This document shows positions 29,183 to 39,068 of a stretch of DNA of 64,000 nt, piece by piece. Made by a program: the position numbers and the translations under genes. Within the stretch, counting starts at the first letter, position 1, and every line of letters starts with the position of its first letter. The DNA comes from an uncultured Oscillospiraceae bacterium (GTDB lineage: Bacteria > Bacillota > Clostridia > Christensenellales > CAG-138), in the NCBI GenBank assembly GCA_964636405.1, contig CAZWSI010000005.1:17975-81974 (forward strand), written 5' to 3'. Below the pieces are notes generated by a model, which ran no database searches, was not told where the DNA came from, and was given only the letters and a program-made list of their open reading frames with translations.

Positions 29183-30061
29183 ATGTTCAGAGACAAGGCC
29201 GGAAATGTATCCGGCGGAAAAATCGCGGTCACGGTGGTGCTGCTCGTTCTCGTGCTGGTTTTTCTCGGCTCGAGCTTTGTCATCGTTCAAGCCGGGCACA
29301 CGGGCGTTGTGCTCACCTTCGGGAAGGTGAGCGACATCGTGCTGCAGGAGGGCATTCACTTTAAGCTCCCGTTTGTACAACAGGTCGTCGTCATAGATAA
29401 CCGTATCGTCAAGCTCGAGGTGGCTACGGAGGCTTTTTCATCCGATCTGCAAACGATCTCCACGATTGTGGCGGTCAATTACCACGTCAACAAAAGCATG
29501 AGCTATTCCATCTATAAGGAGGTCGGCCTCGGCTTTGAGAACGTGCTGATCACGCCCGCCGTCAACGAGGTGCTCAAGGCCGTTACCGCACAGTATACGG
29601 CCATGGCGCTGGTCGGCTCGCGGCAGGAGGTCAGCCAGATGCTGAATAACGCGTTGAACGAAAAGCTCGCCGCCTACGGCATCAACATCGACGATCTCAA
29701 TATCATCAACTGGGATTTCTCCGCCGAGTACATCGCGGCCATCGAGGCCAAGCAGGTGGCGGAGCAGAACCTGATCAAGACCCGCACCGAGCAGGAGCAG
29801 GCGCTTGTCATCGCCAATACGGAGGCGGAAAAGCGCGTGATCGCCGCCCAGGCCGAGGCGACCGAGATCAAAACGCTCGCGGAAGCCAACTCGGAAAGCA
29901 ACCGCATCCTCACCGAATCTCTCACGGACGCGCTCATTCGCTATCAGACCGTGCAGCGCTGGAACGGCGAGCTGCCCATGGTGACCTCCGGCGCTACGCC
30001 GCTGATCGATATCGGGCTGGACGCGGGCGGCGCCTCCGGCGGGGCGAATACGCTGGAATAA
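29183..30061 (+). CDS. SPFH/prohibitin-family membrane protein
   Basis: N-terminal TM, GHTGVVLTFG, EGIHFKLPF, AIEAKQVAEQ, WNGELP. Confidence 0.9.
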   Translation: MFRDKAGNVSGGKIAVTVVLLVLVLVFLGSSFVIVQAGHTGVVLTFGKVSDIVLQEGIHFKLPFVQQVVVIDNRIVKLEVATEAFSSDLQTISTIVAVNYHVNKSMSYSIYKEVGLGFENVLITPAVNEVLKAVTAQYTAMALVGSRQEVSQMLNNALNEKLAAYGINIDDLNIINWDFSAEYIAAIEAKQVAEQNLIKTRTEQEQALVIANTEAEKRVIAAQAEATEIKTLAEANSESNRILTESLTDALIRYQTVQRWNGELPMVTSGATPLIDIGLDAGGASGGANTLE

Positions 30062-30076
30062 AGGCTTTGTGTGCGC

Positions 30077-30110
30077 AACGGGCCGGTTCATTTCGAGCCG
30101 GCCCGTTTTT
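30077..30110 (+). terminator. Terminator of ssnA-ygfK-xdh-SPFH
   Basis: AACGGGCCGG...CCGGCCCGTTTTT. Confidence 0.75.
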
Positions 30111-30333
30111 CGTAGCGTTACAGCGCCTTTTGATAGCACGCGCCATGATCCAATGCGCCAAAGAGCGAGCCGCCGGTCTATTCGCCTCCCCCTCAAGGAA
30201 AGAGAGCCATCCGCTCCTTCGCCGATGGCTCCCCATGTTGCTTTGTCTGCTTGCTCTACCATACTACTGACGAAGAGCCAGGAAAAGGGCTGTAACGGAT
30301 TTCCGTCACAGCCCTGTGCTCATTTGCGGACTC

Positions 30334-31725
30334 TTATTTATCCTCCACAACCTGCGGGGCTTTGGGCTTTGCAAACAGCGCGCCGATGGCCATAATGACG
30401 CCGAATATGATAAGGTAATACAGGCAGTCGATGCCGTAGGCCACATATGCGCAGAACACCATAAAGCAGCAGGCAATCACGCCCAGCACCGGCAAAACAT
30501 AGCGTTTGCCCGCGCTCAGATCCTTCTGGCTCACGATCAGCTTGATAAAGATCGGAATATAGCAGGCATACAGCGTGATGATCGGCAGCTCATCCGGCTC
30601 CCAGGTGATGAGATTTGGCAGGGAAACCGTGCCAAGCACTCGATCGCCGAAGAAAAGGAAGTGCCAGTATACAAGCCACACAACGGCCAGTATCACGCCC
30701 ACGATGGAGGAATTGACGGGCGCGTTGGACTTTTCGTTGACCTTGGCAAGCGAGGCGGGCTTGATGCCGCGGCCGCGTGCTGCGATGGAATACGCGCCGC
30801 GCGTGCAGCCCATCATCAGGCCGTTCATCGTGCCCAGGCAGGAAATGACGATGAACACATAGATGATGCTGCCCACAAAGTTCCCGAATATATTGGTGAA
30901 GGCAATCTGCGGCAGGGCGTCGCCCGCTTCGATCATTTCGGGCACGGTGAGCGCGCCGGTCAGGCCCACAAAGTACGCGATGTAGACCACGATGACGATG
31001 ATTGCGCCGAGAATGAGCGCCCTGGGCAGGTTCTTCTTCGAGTTTTTCAGCTCCGCGTTAATGGAGGTGGCGATGATCCACCCTTCATAGGAGAAGCTGA
31101 ACGCCACGATGGCCGCGAGCATGCCGCCGCCCGTGGAATTGGCAACCGCCGCAGAGGTCTGCGTAAAGGTCTGCACCGTCATGCCGTTGACCATGCCCGC
31201 AATCGTGCCAACGATGGCCATGAGCACCAAGGGGATCAGCTTGATGACGGTTGTGGACACCTGGAATTTGCCGCCCAGCTTGGGGCTGAGGACGTTCATG
31301 ACAAAATCCAGCGCGAGGAAAGCAAGGGCGATGAGAAAATGCGCCGTTCCAAGCGCCTCAAGGCCAAAGAGCGCGCAAGTGTACTGCGCGGATACCCACG
31401 CGAGCGTAGCCGTCAGAGAGGGGTAATAGATGGTGGTCATAAACCAGGCTACATAATAGCCGTACGTGGGCCCAAGCGCGACCTCCGCGTAGTCCACAAT
31501 GCCGTTGACCCGCTCATAGCGATTGGCGAGAATCGCGAACACGAGCGAGCAGATCAGCATGACCACACCCACGATCGCGACAACCAGAATTGCCTTGAGC
31601 ATGCTGCCGCCGGTGTTATTCAGCACCTTGCCCGCTTTGAAAAAGACGCCGGACCCAATCACGATGCCGACGACCATCGAAATGGCCGTGAAGAGTCCGT
31701 ACTTTTCCTTGAGTTTGTTTTCCAT
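30334..31725 (-). CDS. APC-superfamily amino acid permease
   Basis: GIVIGSGVFFK, FSYEGW, ELKNSKKNLP, about 12 TM helices. Confidence 0.92.
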   Translation of the reverse strand: MENKLKEKYGLFTAISMVVGIVIGSGVFFKAGKVLNNTGGSMLKAILVVAIVGVVMLICSLVFAILANRYERVNGIVDYAEVALGPTYGYYVAWFMTTIYYPSLTATLAWVSAQYTCALFGLEALGTAHFLIALAFLALDFVMNVLSPKLGGKFQVSTTVIKLIPLVLMAIVGTIAGMVNGMTVQTFTQTSAAVANSTGGGMLAAIVAFSFSYEGWIIATSINAELKNSKKNLPRALILGAIIVIVVYIAYFVGLTGALTVPEMIEAGDALPQIAFTNIFGNFVGSIIYVFIVISCLGTMNGLMMGCTRGAYSIAARGRGIKPASLAKVNEKSNAPVNSSIVGVILAVVWLVYWHFLFFGDRVLGTVSLPNLITWEPDELPIITLYACYIPIFIKLIVSQKDLSAGKRYVLPVLGVIACCFMVFCAYVAYGIDCLYYLIIFGVIMAIGALFAKPKAPQVVEDK

Positions 31726-31765
31726 AATCGTTCCCTCATTTCCTCCTGATAAAGTTATTGTTCCA

Positions 31766-31794
31766 TTTATACTCTCTTAACCCACACTTGTCAA
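31766..31794 (-). promoter_or_regulatory. sigmaA promoter of the APC permease
   Basis: Minus strand TTGACA-N17-TATAAA. Confidence 0.7.
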
Positions 31795-31951
31795 CAGGAT
31801 TATATATAATTTCTTCATGATTTCTCCATAATTGCGTGCCTATTTGTACTTATTCTACGGCTGCTCGCCTTATTCCTGCGCAAAAAAATAATATAGTAAA
31901 CTGTCCTTCGTAATATGCGCGCGGGCCGCGTCGCCAAGGAGCGCAAAGAGT

Positions 31952-33568
31952 TTATTGCGCCGGCAGGGCGAAAAGCTCGTCTATGCCCATGCCGAATGTA
32001 CTCTCCACGGCCACTACCATACGCTTTACCGAATACTGATACACATCCGAAGCGTCCGTGACCAAAGGATCGTTTATAGCCCGAATGAAGTATTGCTCAA
32101 CCGTGAGGCCATCGTCGCTGCACCATACGTCGACATGCTCGCCCGAGCTGATGAAAAAACTGTATTCCGCGCCGCCGCCGCCGTTATCGTCCGCTCCTAC
32201 GGAAAACCGTTTTTCGTCCATGTGATAGACCACCACGATGCGATATTCCTTGCTCAGCGGCGTAAAAAAGCGTACCTCGCCGCCGCCCTCCCAGGGCGCC
32301 TGTTTTGGATCATGGATCGAAACGTCAAAATAATCGCCAGCTTCATTTTGATACACGTATTGATAGCCGCAAACCTCCTGCCTTGCAACAAACCCAAGGC
32401 TCGCGAGTGACAGCGTCGCAAACGGCATCGCGAACAGCTCGTCTGCCGTCATGCCGCAGGCGCTTTCGACCGTGCTGTTATAAAAGTCAACGGGCGCAAG
32501 CAGCAGGTCGCCGTCGGCTTCGGGGAAGATAGCGCGAATGTGTGCTTCGGCACTCTCCCTGCCCGCAAATTTACTGTCCAGACTAAAGCTGCCGTCGGCA
32601 ACAAAATATAAATAGTTAAGCACAAATTCGCCGTTCTTGTATGCCAAGACCACATATGCGTCATGCTCCGGGTAATAGCCGATATCCACCTTGTATCCGT
32701 CCGTTCCGAACACCGTTCGAACGCAGTTTTGCATGGAATCTTCCCCGGAATAGCCCCATTCGTCATGGTTGATGCGCACGGACGCCCGCTCACCGTCATA
32801 AATGGCCTGCTTGCGCGCATCGTCCATGACAAAGCCCAGCTCTGCAAGCGTGGACGGCGCAGGCACGATCACAAAATCTTTTTCTGCAAGGTTTGGGCAG
32901 ATATCCGCCAAGGGCGCATAGTCCAGCTTGCAGCCCTCAAGATACAGTTGCTTCAGATTCGTCAGCCCGGCAAGCGGCGACGCGTCCGCTATCGTCGAGT
33001 GCTCCAAACGGAGATGTTCGAGGCCGGTAAGCTTTGAAAGCGCGCCGTAGTCCTCCGCCGCACAGCCGGTCAGGACAAGCGTTTTAAGGCTTGTGAGTCC
33101 GGCAAGCGGCGAGATATCCGCGATTGGGTTCCCGCCCAGCGCCAGCGTATCGAGCTTTGTCAGGCCAGCCAGCGGCGTTATATCGGTTATCGCGTGATCG
33201 GTCAGGTCAAGGCTTTCAAGCCCTGTGAAGTATTCCAGGCCATCCAGGGCCTTCACGGGGATCCATTCGGAGGCATGCCGCTCCCAGTCTGCGCTTAAAT
33301 CCAGTCTCGTTACCGCCGCAGCGTCGGAAGCGGCGATCTCACCCGCAGGTTTACCAATCGCACCGCGCACCAGCTTTTCCAAAGCCGGATCGGCAAACGC
33401 GACCGTTTCTTCCGTCAACGGCTCGCTTGCCTGGGGCAGGGACGCCTCCGGCGCGGCCGTTTCCCGCGGCGCGGGCTGCGAAGCCTGCAATGCACAGGCC
33501 GTAAGCGTGCAAAGGAAAATACCTGTCAGCAGGAACGCAAGGCATCTTCTCCTTTGCTTATCCTCCAT
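31952..33568 (-). CDS. Internalin-like LRR lipoprotein with a tandem duplicated C-terminal domain
   Basis: Lipobox LTAC; VAFADPALEKLVR cap; 22-aa LRRs (LAGLTKLDTLALGGNPIADISP); two ~150-aa repeats ending DELFAMP / DELFALP. Confidence 0.85.
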   Translation of the reverse strand: MEDKQRRRCLAFLLTGIFLCTLTACALQASQPAPRETAAPEASLPQASEPLTEETVAFADPALEKLVRGAIGKPAGEIAASDAAAVTRLDLSADWERHASEWIPVKALDGLEYFTGLESLDLTDHAITDITPLAGLTKLDTLALGGNPIADISPLAGLTSLKTLVLTGCAAEDYGALSKLTGLEHLRLEHSTIADASPLAGLTNLKQLYLEGCKLDYAPLADICPNLAEKDFVIVPAPSTLAELGFVMDDARKQAIYDGERASVRINHDEWGYSGEDSMQNCVRTVFGTDGYKVDIGYYPEHDAYVVLAYKNGEFVLNYLYFVADGSFSLDSKFAGRESAEAHIRAIFPEADGDLLLAPVDFYNSTVESACGMTADELFAMPFATLSLASLGFVARQEVCGYQYVYQNEAGDYFDVSIHDPKQAPWEGGGEVRFFTPLSKEYRIVVVYHMDEKRFSVGADDNGGGGAEYSFFISSGEHVDVWCSDDGLTVEQYFIRAINDPLVTDASDVYQYSVKRMVVAVESTFGMGIDELFALPAQ

Positions 33569-33718
33569 TCGGTTTCCAATTCGTCCTGATTCTCTCTTTT
33601 GCCACACGCATGTCGATTTGATTGGGCAACTGCATTCTATCAGACAGAGCGCGGCGTGTCACGAACATTTCGCGGGTGTAAGCAGCTTTTTGCGCCGCAC
33701 AGCCACAGCGGCTTTTCA

Positions 33719-33747
33719 TTGACGGCAATGAGGCCGGACGGTATAAT
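33719..33747 (+). promoter_or_regulatory. sigmaA promoter of the alpha-galactosidase operon
   Basis: TTGACG-N17-TATAAT. Confidence 0.7.
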
Positions 33748-33767
33748 GAGCATGGGGTGATGCTGGG

Positions 33768-36113
33768 ATGGTTTCCGTAGAAAACGGCGTGTTTTACCTT
33801 TCCACCGCTGCGACGAGCTATTTTTTCCGCGCAACAAAATTCGGGCACCTTGAGCATGTTTATTACGGCGAGCGTCTGCCGCACGCATCGATCGAGCCGC
33901 TTCTGCTGAAACGCACAAGCGGCTTTGGCTCGAGCGTGCTTTACGACGAAAGCGACGCGAATTATTGTCTCGATCTGCTTCCGCTCGAGTGGAGCGGCAT
34001 TGGGCGCGGAGATTACCGCACGCCGCCCGTGGAAGCAAGGCTCCCGGACGGCAGCTATGCGTCGGACTTTACCTATGCATCCTATGCCGTTTCGGAGGGC
34101 GCGGTTGAGATGGAGCGTCTGCCCTGCGCCTACGCGGACGAAAGCCCTGTGCAGACCTTGTGCGTCACGCTGCGCGACGTGCCCGGCGGCTTGACGCTTC
34201 TGCTTTACTACGGCGTATACGAGGAAACGAACGTCATTACGCGCCGGACGGTGCTGATAAACGAAAGCGGCGGCAAGGTGGAGCTGCGCAAGCTGATGAG
34301 CCTGTCGCTCGATTTGGAAAACCGTGGCGATTCGCTGGTCACCTTCGACGGCGCGTGGATACGCGAGGCGCATAGGCATGATCGCAAGCTGCAATACGGC
34401 ATGTACGTAAACGCATCGTCCACCGGCGCGTCGAGCAACCGCCATAACCCGGGCTTCCTGCTTTATGAGGAGCACGCCTGCGAGCAAACGGGCAACGTAT
34501 ACGGCTTTAATCTGATTTACAGCGGCAATCATTACGGCGCGGCGGAGCTTTCCGCCCAGGAGCTGGTGCGCGTGCAGTTGGGCGTCAATCCCCAGTGCTT
34601 CTGCTGGACGCTTGCGCCCGGCGAGCGCTTTGAAACGCCGGAGGCGATCATGAGCTTTTCCAACGGCGGCTTCAATGGCTTGTCCCACAATTTTCACGAT
34701 TTTATCAACCGGCATATCGTGCGCGGGGACTGGAAGGGCCGGGAGCGGCCGGTGCTCATCAACGATTGGGAAGCCTGTTTTTTTGATTTCAGCCGGGCAA
34801 AGCTATTGCGGCTTGCCCGGCGGGCAAGCAAGCTCGGCGTGGAGCTCTTTGTGCTGGACGACGGGTGGTTTGGCGCGCGCGACAACGACCGTGCGGGTCT
34901 TGGCGACTATCGCGTAAACAAAAAAAAACTGCCCGGCGGGCTTTCCGGCTTTTCGCGGGATATTGCGCGCCTGGGCATGCGCTTTGGGCTGTGGTTTGAG
35001 CCGGAAATGGTCAACCGTGACAGCGATTTATACCGCGCGCACCCGGAATACGCGCTCGAAACGCCCGGACGCACGCCCTGCCTTGGCCGCAACCAGCTCG
35101 TGCTTGATTTGTGCAACCCGGCCGTGCGGGATTACATCGTTGCTTCCGTGAGCGGGATACTCGACGAGGCGCGCGTTTCTTATGTGAAGTGGGACATGAA
35201 CCGGCATATCTCCTGCGCCTTCTCCCCCGTCCTCGCCGAGCAGGGGCGCTTTTACCACAGCTACATACTGGGCCTTTACGACGTGCTAGCGCGCATCTTC
35301 CGTCCGCGCCCGCACATTCTGCTTGAGACCTGCTCGAGCGGCGGGAACCGCTTCGATCTGGGCATGCTATGCTATTCTCCGCAGGTGTGGAGCTCGGACG
35401 ATACGGACGCGGCGGAGCGGCTGAAAATCCAAACGGGACTCTCGTACCTCTATCCCCTTTCCACTATGGGCGCGCATGTGTCCGCCTGCCCGAATCAGCA
35501 GACGCTGCGCGAAACGCCGCTTTCCGCGCGCTTTAACATGGCGGCGTTCGGGTGCTTTGGCTACGAGCTGGACTTAAAGCGCATGAGCTTCATCGAGCGC
35601 CGCGAGCTGCGCGATCAGGTCACCTTCTACAAAGCGCACCGTCGCACGCTTCAATACGGATGCTTCTATCGCTTCGACCCCGTTAAGCCCAACAAGGCGC
35701 ACCTGCTCTGCGTTTCGCGCGACGGCTCCGAGGCGGTGGCGGGCTTTTTCCAAACGCAGTCGTGCGCAGCGGAAGGCGGCGACCGCCTGCCGCTTGCGGG
35801 CCTGGAAAGGGACGCGGCTTATACGATGGATACCAAGCCGCAAAGGCTTTTTATCAAGCGCTTTGGCGGGCTTATCCGGCACGTTGTGCCCTTTGACCTC
35901 AATCCAAACGGCTTTATCATGCGGCTGGTGAACCGCTTTTACGCGCTGTGGGACTGCGAGGAGCACTACGAGGCGGACGGAAAAACGCTCATGCAGGGCG
36001 TAAGGCTGAACAATCAGTTTGTGGGCAGCTATTACGCCAAGGATATCCGGCTGCTTGGAGACTTTGGCTCAAATCTGTATGTGATCAGACAAAGAAGGGA
36101 TGGGATAGGATGA
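33768..36113 (+). CDS. Alpha-galactosidase, GH36
   Basis: NDWEA, FVLDDGWFG, FGLWFEPEMV, YVKWDMNR, CSSGGNRFDLG, WSSDDTD. Confidence 0.95.
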   Translation: MVSVENGVFYLSTAATSYFFRATKFGHLEHVYYGERLPHASIEPLLLKRTSGFGSSVLYDESDANYCLDLLPLEWSGIGRGDYRTPPVEARLPDGSYASDFTYASYAVSEGAVEMERLPCAYADESPVQTLCVTLRDVPGGLTLLLYYGVYEETNVITRRTVLINESGGKVELRKLMSLSLDLENRGDSLVTFDGAWIREAHRHDRKLQYGMYVNASSTGASSNRHNPGFLLYEEHACEQTGNVYGFNLIYSGNHYGAAELSAQELVRVQLGVNPQCFCWTLAPGERFETPEAIMSFSNGGFNGLSHNFHDFINRHIVRGDWKGRERPVLINDWEACFFDFSRAKLLRLARRASKLGVELFVLDDGWFGARDNDRAGLGDYRVNKKKLPGGLSGFSRDIARLGMRFGLWFEPEMVNRDSDLYRAHPEYALETPGRTPCLGRNQLVLDLCNPAVRDYIVASVSGILDEARVSYVKWDMNRHISCAFSPVLAEQGRFYHSYILGLYDVLARIFRPRPHILLETCSSGGNRFDLGMLCYSPQVWSSDDTDAAERLKIQTGLSYLYPLSTMGAHVSACPNQQTLRETPLSARFNMAAFGCFGYELDLKRMSFIERRELRDQVTFYKAHRRTLQYGCFYRFDPVKPNKAHLLCVSRDGSEAVAGFFQTQSCAAEGGDRLPLAGLERDAAYTMDTKPQRLFIKRFGGLIRHVVPFDLNPNGFIMRLVNRFYALWDCEEHYEADGKTLMQGVRLNNQFVGSYYAKDIRLLGDFGSNLYVIRQRRDGIG

Positions 36114-37477
36114 AATCAGACTACAAGCGCAATTATTTCTGCTTTGGCCTCGGCACCATTGGGCGGGACATGTTCTATACGGTTGTGAGCATGTACATGC
36201 TGACCTATATGACCGAGGTGCTGAATCTCCCGGACGCGACGCTCGCGCTCATGACCACCGCGCTGCTGCTGCTCCGCATCTTCGACGCGGTCAACGACCC
36301 CATCACGGGCGTGATCGTGGACAACACGCGCTCGCGCTTTGGCAAATTCAAGCCATGGATTTTGATCGGCGCGGTGCTTGGCTCGGTCTTTATGGTGCTC
36401 ATGTTTACCGATGTTGGGCTCACGGGCGTTTCCTATGTAGTATTTATGTCGGTGATGTACCTCTTTTGGGACTTTACCTACGGGCTTAACGACATTGCCT
36501 ACTGGTCTATGCTCCCCGCGCTTTCTCTGGATCAAAAAGAGCGCGAAAAAATGGGCGCGTTTGCTCGCATCTGCGCCAATATCGGGCTGTTTGTTGTCGT
36601 TACCTGCGTCTTGCCCATCACCGGCATGCTTGGCGACGCCTTTGGCAATGCCAAGACGGGCTGGTTCGTGTTTTCGCTCATCGTCGTATTCTTCCTGCTC
36701 GCCTTCCAGTGCTTTACGCTCTTTGGCGTGAAGGAAACGGAGGTGTCCTTCAAGAAGGAGGAAAAGACCTCTCTGCGCGAAATGGTGCGGGTGCTATTCC
36801 AAAACGATCAGCTTATGATCACGGCGCTTGCCATGTCGCTGTTTAACATCGGGTATTTCACGACCACGAGCTTTGGCACCTACTTCTTTATCTACGCCTA
36901 CAAGGACCCCAACATGTATTCCATCTTCGCGGTGGTGCTGGGCGTTTCACAGCTTGCGGCGCTGATGATCTTCCCGCTGTTTTCCAAAAAATACAGCCGC
37001 AAAACGCTCTATACAGCAGCGACCGTGCTTGTCGTGATCGGCTATATTATCTTCTTCTTCTCCCCGATGAACATGCTCTACATCGGCGTTGCGGGGGTGC
37101 TGCTCTTTGTGGGGCAAGCGTTTATTCAGCTTCTCATGCTCATGTTCCTCGCGGATACCATCGAGTACGGCCAGTGGAAGCTCGGCAAGCGCAACGAAAG
37201 CGTAACCTTCTCCGTGCAGCCGTTCCTCAATAAGCTGGGCGGCGCGATTTCCACGGGCGTGGTCGGCTTTACGCTCATTATCTCCGGCATTAACGAAGCC
37301 ACGCCCGAAACCGTCACAAGTCAGGGCCTGCTGATTATGAAGTTCGCCATGATGATCTTCCCGCTCGTTTCGATCGCGGCGGGGTATCTCGTGTACCGCT
37401 TCAAGTATAAGCTCGACGCGAAGATGTACGGCGAGATCGTAAGCGATTTGAAGGCGCGCGGCGATATTGCCGAATAG
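36110..37477 (+). CDS. GPH-family (MelB-like) galactoside:cation symporter
   Basis: IFDAVNDPITG, RSRFGKFKPW, DIAYWS, LADTIEYG, RNES; overlaps the GH36 stop. Confidence 0.92.
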   Translation: MKSDYKRNYFCFGLGTIGRDMFYTVVSMYMLTYMTEVLNLPDATLALMTTALLLLRIFDAVNDPITGVIVDNTRSRFGKFKPWILIGAVLGSVFMVLMFTDVGLTGVSYVVFMSVMYLFWDFTYGLNDIAYWSMLPALSLDQKEREKMGAFARICANIGLFVVVTCVLPITGMLGDAFGNAKTGWFVFSLIVVFFLLAFQCFTLFGVKETEVSFKKEEKTSLREMVRVLFQNDQLMITALAMSLFNIGYFTTTSFGTYFFIYAYKDPNMYSIFAVVLGVSQLAALMIFPLFSKKYSRKTLYTAATVLVVIGYIIFFFSPMNMLYIGVAGVLLFVGQAFIQLLMLMFLADTIEYGQWKLGKRNESVTFSVQPFLNKLGGAISTGVVGFTLIISGINEATPETVTSQGLLIMKFAMMIFPLVSIAAGYLVYRFKYKLDAKMYGEIVSDLKARGDIAE

Positions 37478-37500
37478 ACAATCCTGGTTTTTTGAACGGA

Positions 37501-37537
37501 AAAAGGCCCCGCGCAAAGGTGCGCGGGGCCGCTTTTC
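37501..37537. terminator. Bidirectional terminator between convergent genes
   Basis: AAAAGGCCCCGCGCA-aagg-TGCGCGGGGCC-gcttttc. Confidence 0.75.
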
Positions 37538-37583
37538 TGCGAACGCTTTTGTATGCGCCGCGCTTGAGGCGCGCGGCAGTCGG

Positions 37584-38798
37584 CTAAAACGCGCCGCGAA
37601 TCAGCCTGCTCATGAGCGTGTGACCCTCCTCGATCAAGAGCCCCGTTTCCCCGCACGCCGCCTCCGAATAACGGTGCGCGTGCGGCAGCGTCTCGTGCGC
37701 GCTGTCAAAGAGTACAAAGGGCACGGGATCGGCCGTGTGCGTGCGCAACTCCATGGGCGTTGCGTGATCCGGCATGAGCAGCACGCGAAAATCGCCCTCC
37801 GCGCGAAGCTTTTCCAGAACCGGCCCGAGTATTTCCCGGTCGATTTGCTCGATGGCCTCCATTTTGCAGGCAAGGTCGCCCGCATGCGCGCTTTCGTCGG
37901 GGGCCTCCACATGGATATAAACCAGCTCGCAGCCCTCGTCGTAAAGGCGCATGGCGGCGCGCGCCTTGGCGGCGCAGTCCGTACGTTTGCCGCCCGTCGC
38001 GCCGGGGATAAACGGCGCTTGCATACCCATGCACACGGCAAGCCCCTTAATGATATCCACCGCGCACGCCACCCCCGCGCGCACGCCGTACACCTCCGCA
38101 AAGAGCGGAATAGAGGGCTTTGTGCCCTCGCCCCACAGCCAGCAGGTATTGGCGGGCGGCTCGCCGCGCATAACGCGCGCCTTGTTGACGGGATGCTCCC
38201 TTAGCAGCGCCCAGCTCCTTTTTTGAAAGGCCAGAAGGCGCTCGCTATAGCGTCCCTTCGGCAAATAGGCGGCGATTGGTTTGCCGGTGATATCGTGCGG
38301 CGGCGTGAAAATCGTGCCAGTTTCGGCATGATTGAGCACGAGACAGTGTTTAAAGCTCATGCCTGGATACAGCCGCATATCTTGCTCGTTTAGACGCTCC
38401 GCCAGATATTGGATGAGCGCCGCGCTTTCCTCCGTGGGGATCTCGTCCGCGGAGAAATTCTCCATCACCGCGTCCTCGTATACGGAAACGTCGCTGAGCG
38501 TCGAAAGATTGCAGCGGATGGCCACGTCGTCGTCGCGCAGCGCAATGCCGAGGCTGGCCGCCTCGAGCGGCGAGCGCCCGGTGGCGTACGCGCGCGGATC
38601 GCAGCCCAGAACGGAAAGATTCCCCGTATCGGAGCCCGGCGGCATACCCAAAGGAATGGTGCGCGCAAGGCCCGCCGCACCGCCGCGCGCAAGCGCGTCC
38701 ATGGCGGGCGAATAAGCCGCCTCGAGCGGCGTTTTGCCGGAAAGCGCGGCAAGCGGCCGGTCGGCCATGCCGTCGCAGAGCATTACAAGATATCTCAT
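37584..38798 (-). CDS. Cofactor-independent phosphoglycerate mutase, ApgM-like
   Basis: DGMAD, PGSDTGN, GRSPLEA, PPHDI, WLWGEG, HVEAPDESAH, MPDHATP, THTADPVP. Confidence 0.9.
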   Translation of the reverse strand: MRYLVMLCDGMADRPLAALSGKTPLEAAYSPAMDALARGGAAGLARTIPLGMPPGSDTGNLSVLGCDPRAYATGRSPLEAASLGIALRDDDVAIRCNLSTLSDVSVYEDAVMENFSADEIPTEESAALIQYLAERLNEQDMRLYPGMSFKHCLVLNHAETGTIFTPPHDITGKPIAAYLPKGRYSERLLAFQKRSWALLREHPVNKARVMRGEPPANTCWLWGEGTKPSIPLFAEVYGVRAGVACAVDIIKGLAVCMGMQAPFIPGATGGKRTDCAAKARAAMRLYDEGCELVYIHVEAPDESAHAGDLACKMEAIEQIDREILGPVLEKLRAEGDFRVLLMPDHATPMELRTHTADPVPFVLFDSAHETLPHAHRYSEAACGETGLLIEEGHTLMSRLIRGAF

Positions 38799-38948
38799 CA
38801 CGCATTCCCCCTCCCGCGCCAGGCGCAAGCTTCGACAGTGAGAATATACAAGCTTTTTCATGTTCCGTCAACCGGCACGCTTCACCGCTTGCTTTTCTGC
38901 GTTGAAAAGCGGTTCATTATATATTCGCGTCCCGCGCCCGCAGGGCGG

Positions 38949-38977
38949 TTGAAAAGGGGGCATAAGTGCGCTATATT
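38949..38977 (+). promoter_or_regulatory. Candidate sigmaA promoter of tdh-kbl
   Basis: TTGAAA-N17-TATATT. Confidence 0.5.
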
Positions 38978-39068
38978 TAGTTGGAAACAAGGATTCGCGG
39001 AGTTCTTCCGTTCCATGGCGGCGCGCCGCCGAATCGATTTTGCCTAACAGGAAGGATGGTGTAGCTTT

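Noticed and set aside
30111..30285. Possible sRNA or REP remnant between the SPFH gene and the APC permease
   Set aside because: Only weak hairpins, no promoter or second copy seen; cannot be supported
38980..39068. Glycine riboswitch or T-box ahead of tdh-kbl
   Set aside because: No GGAGA/GAAG aptamer pattern or T-box motif; region too short
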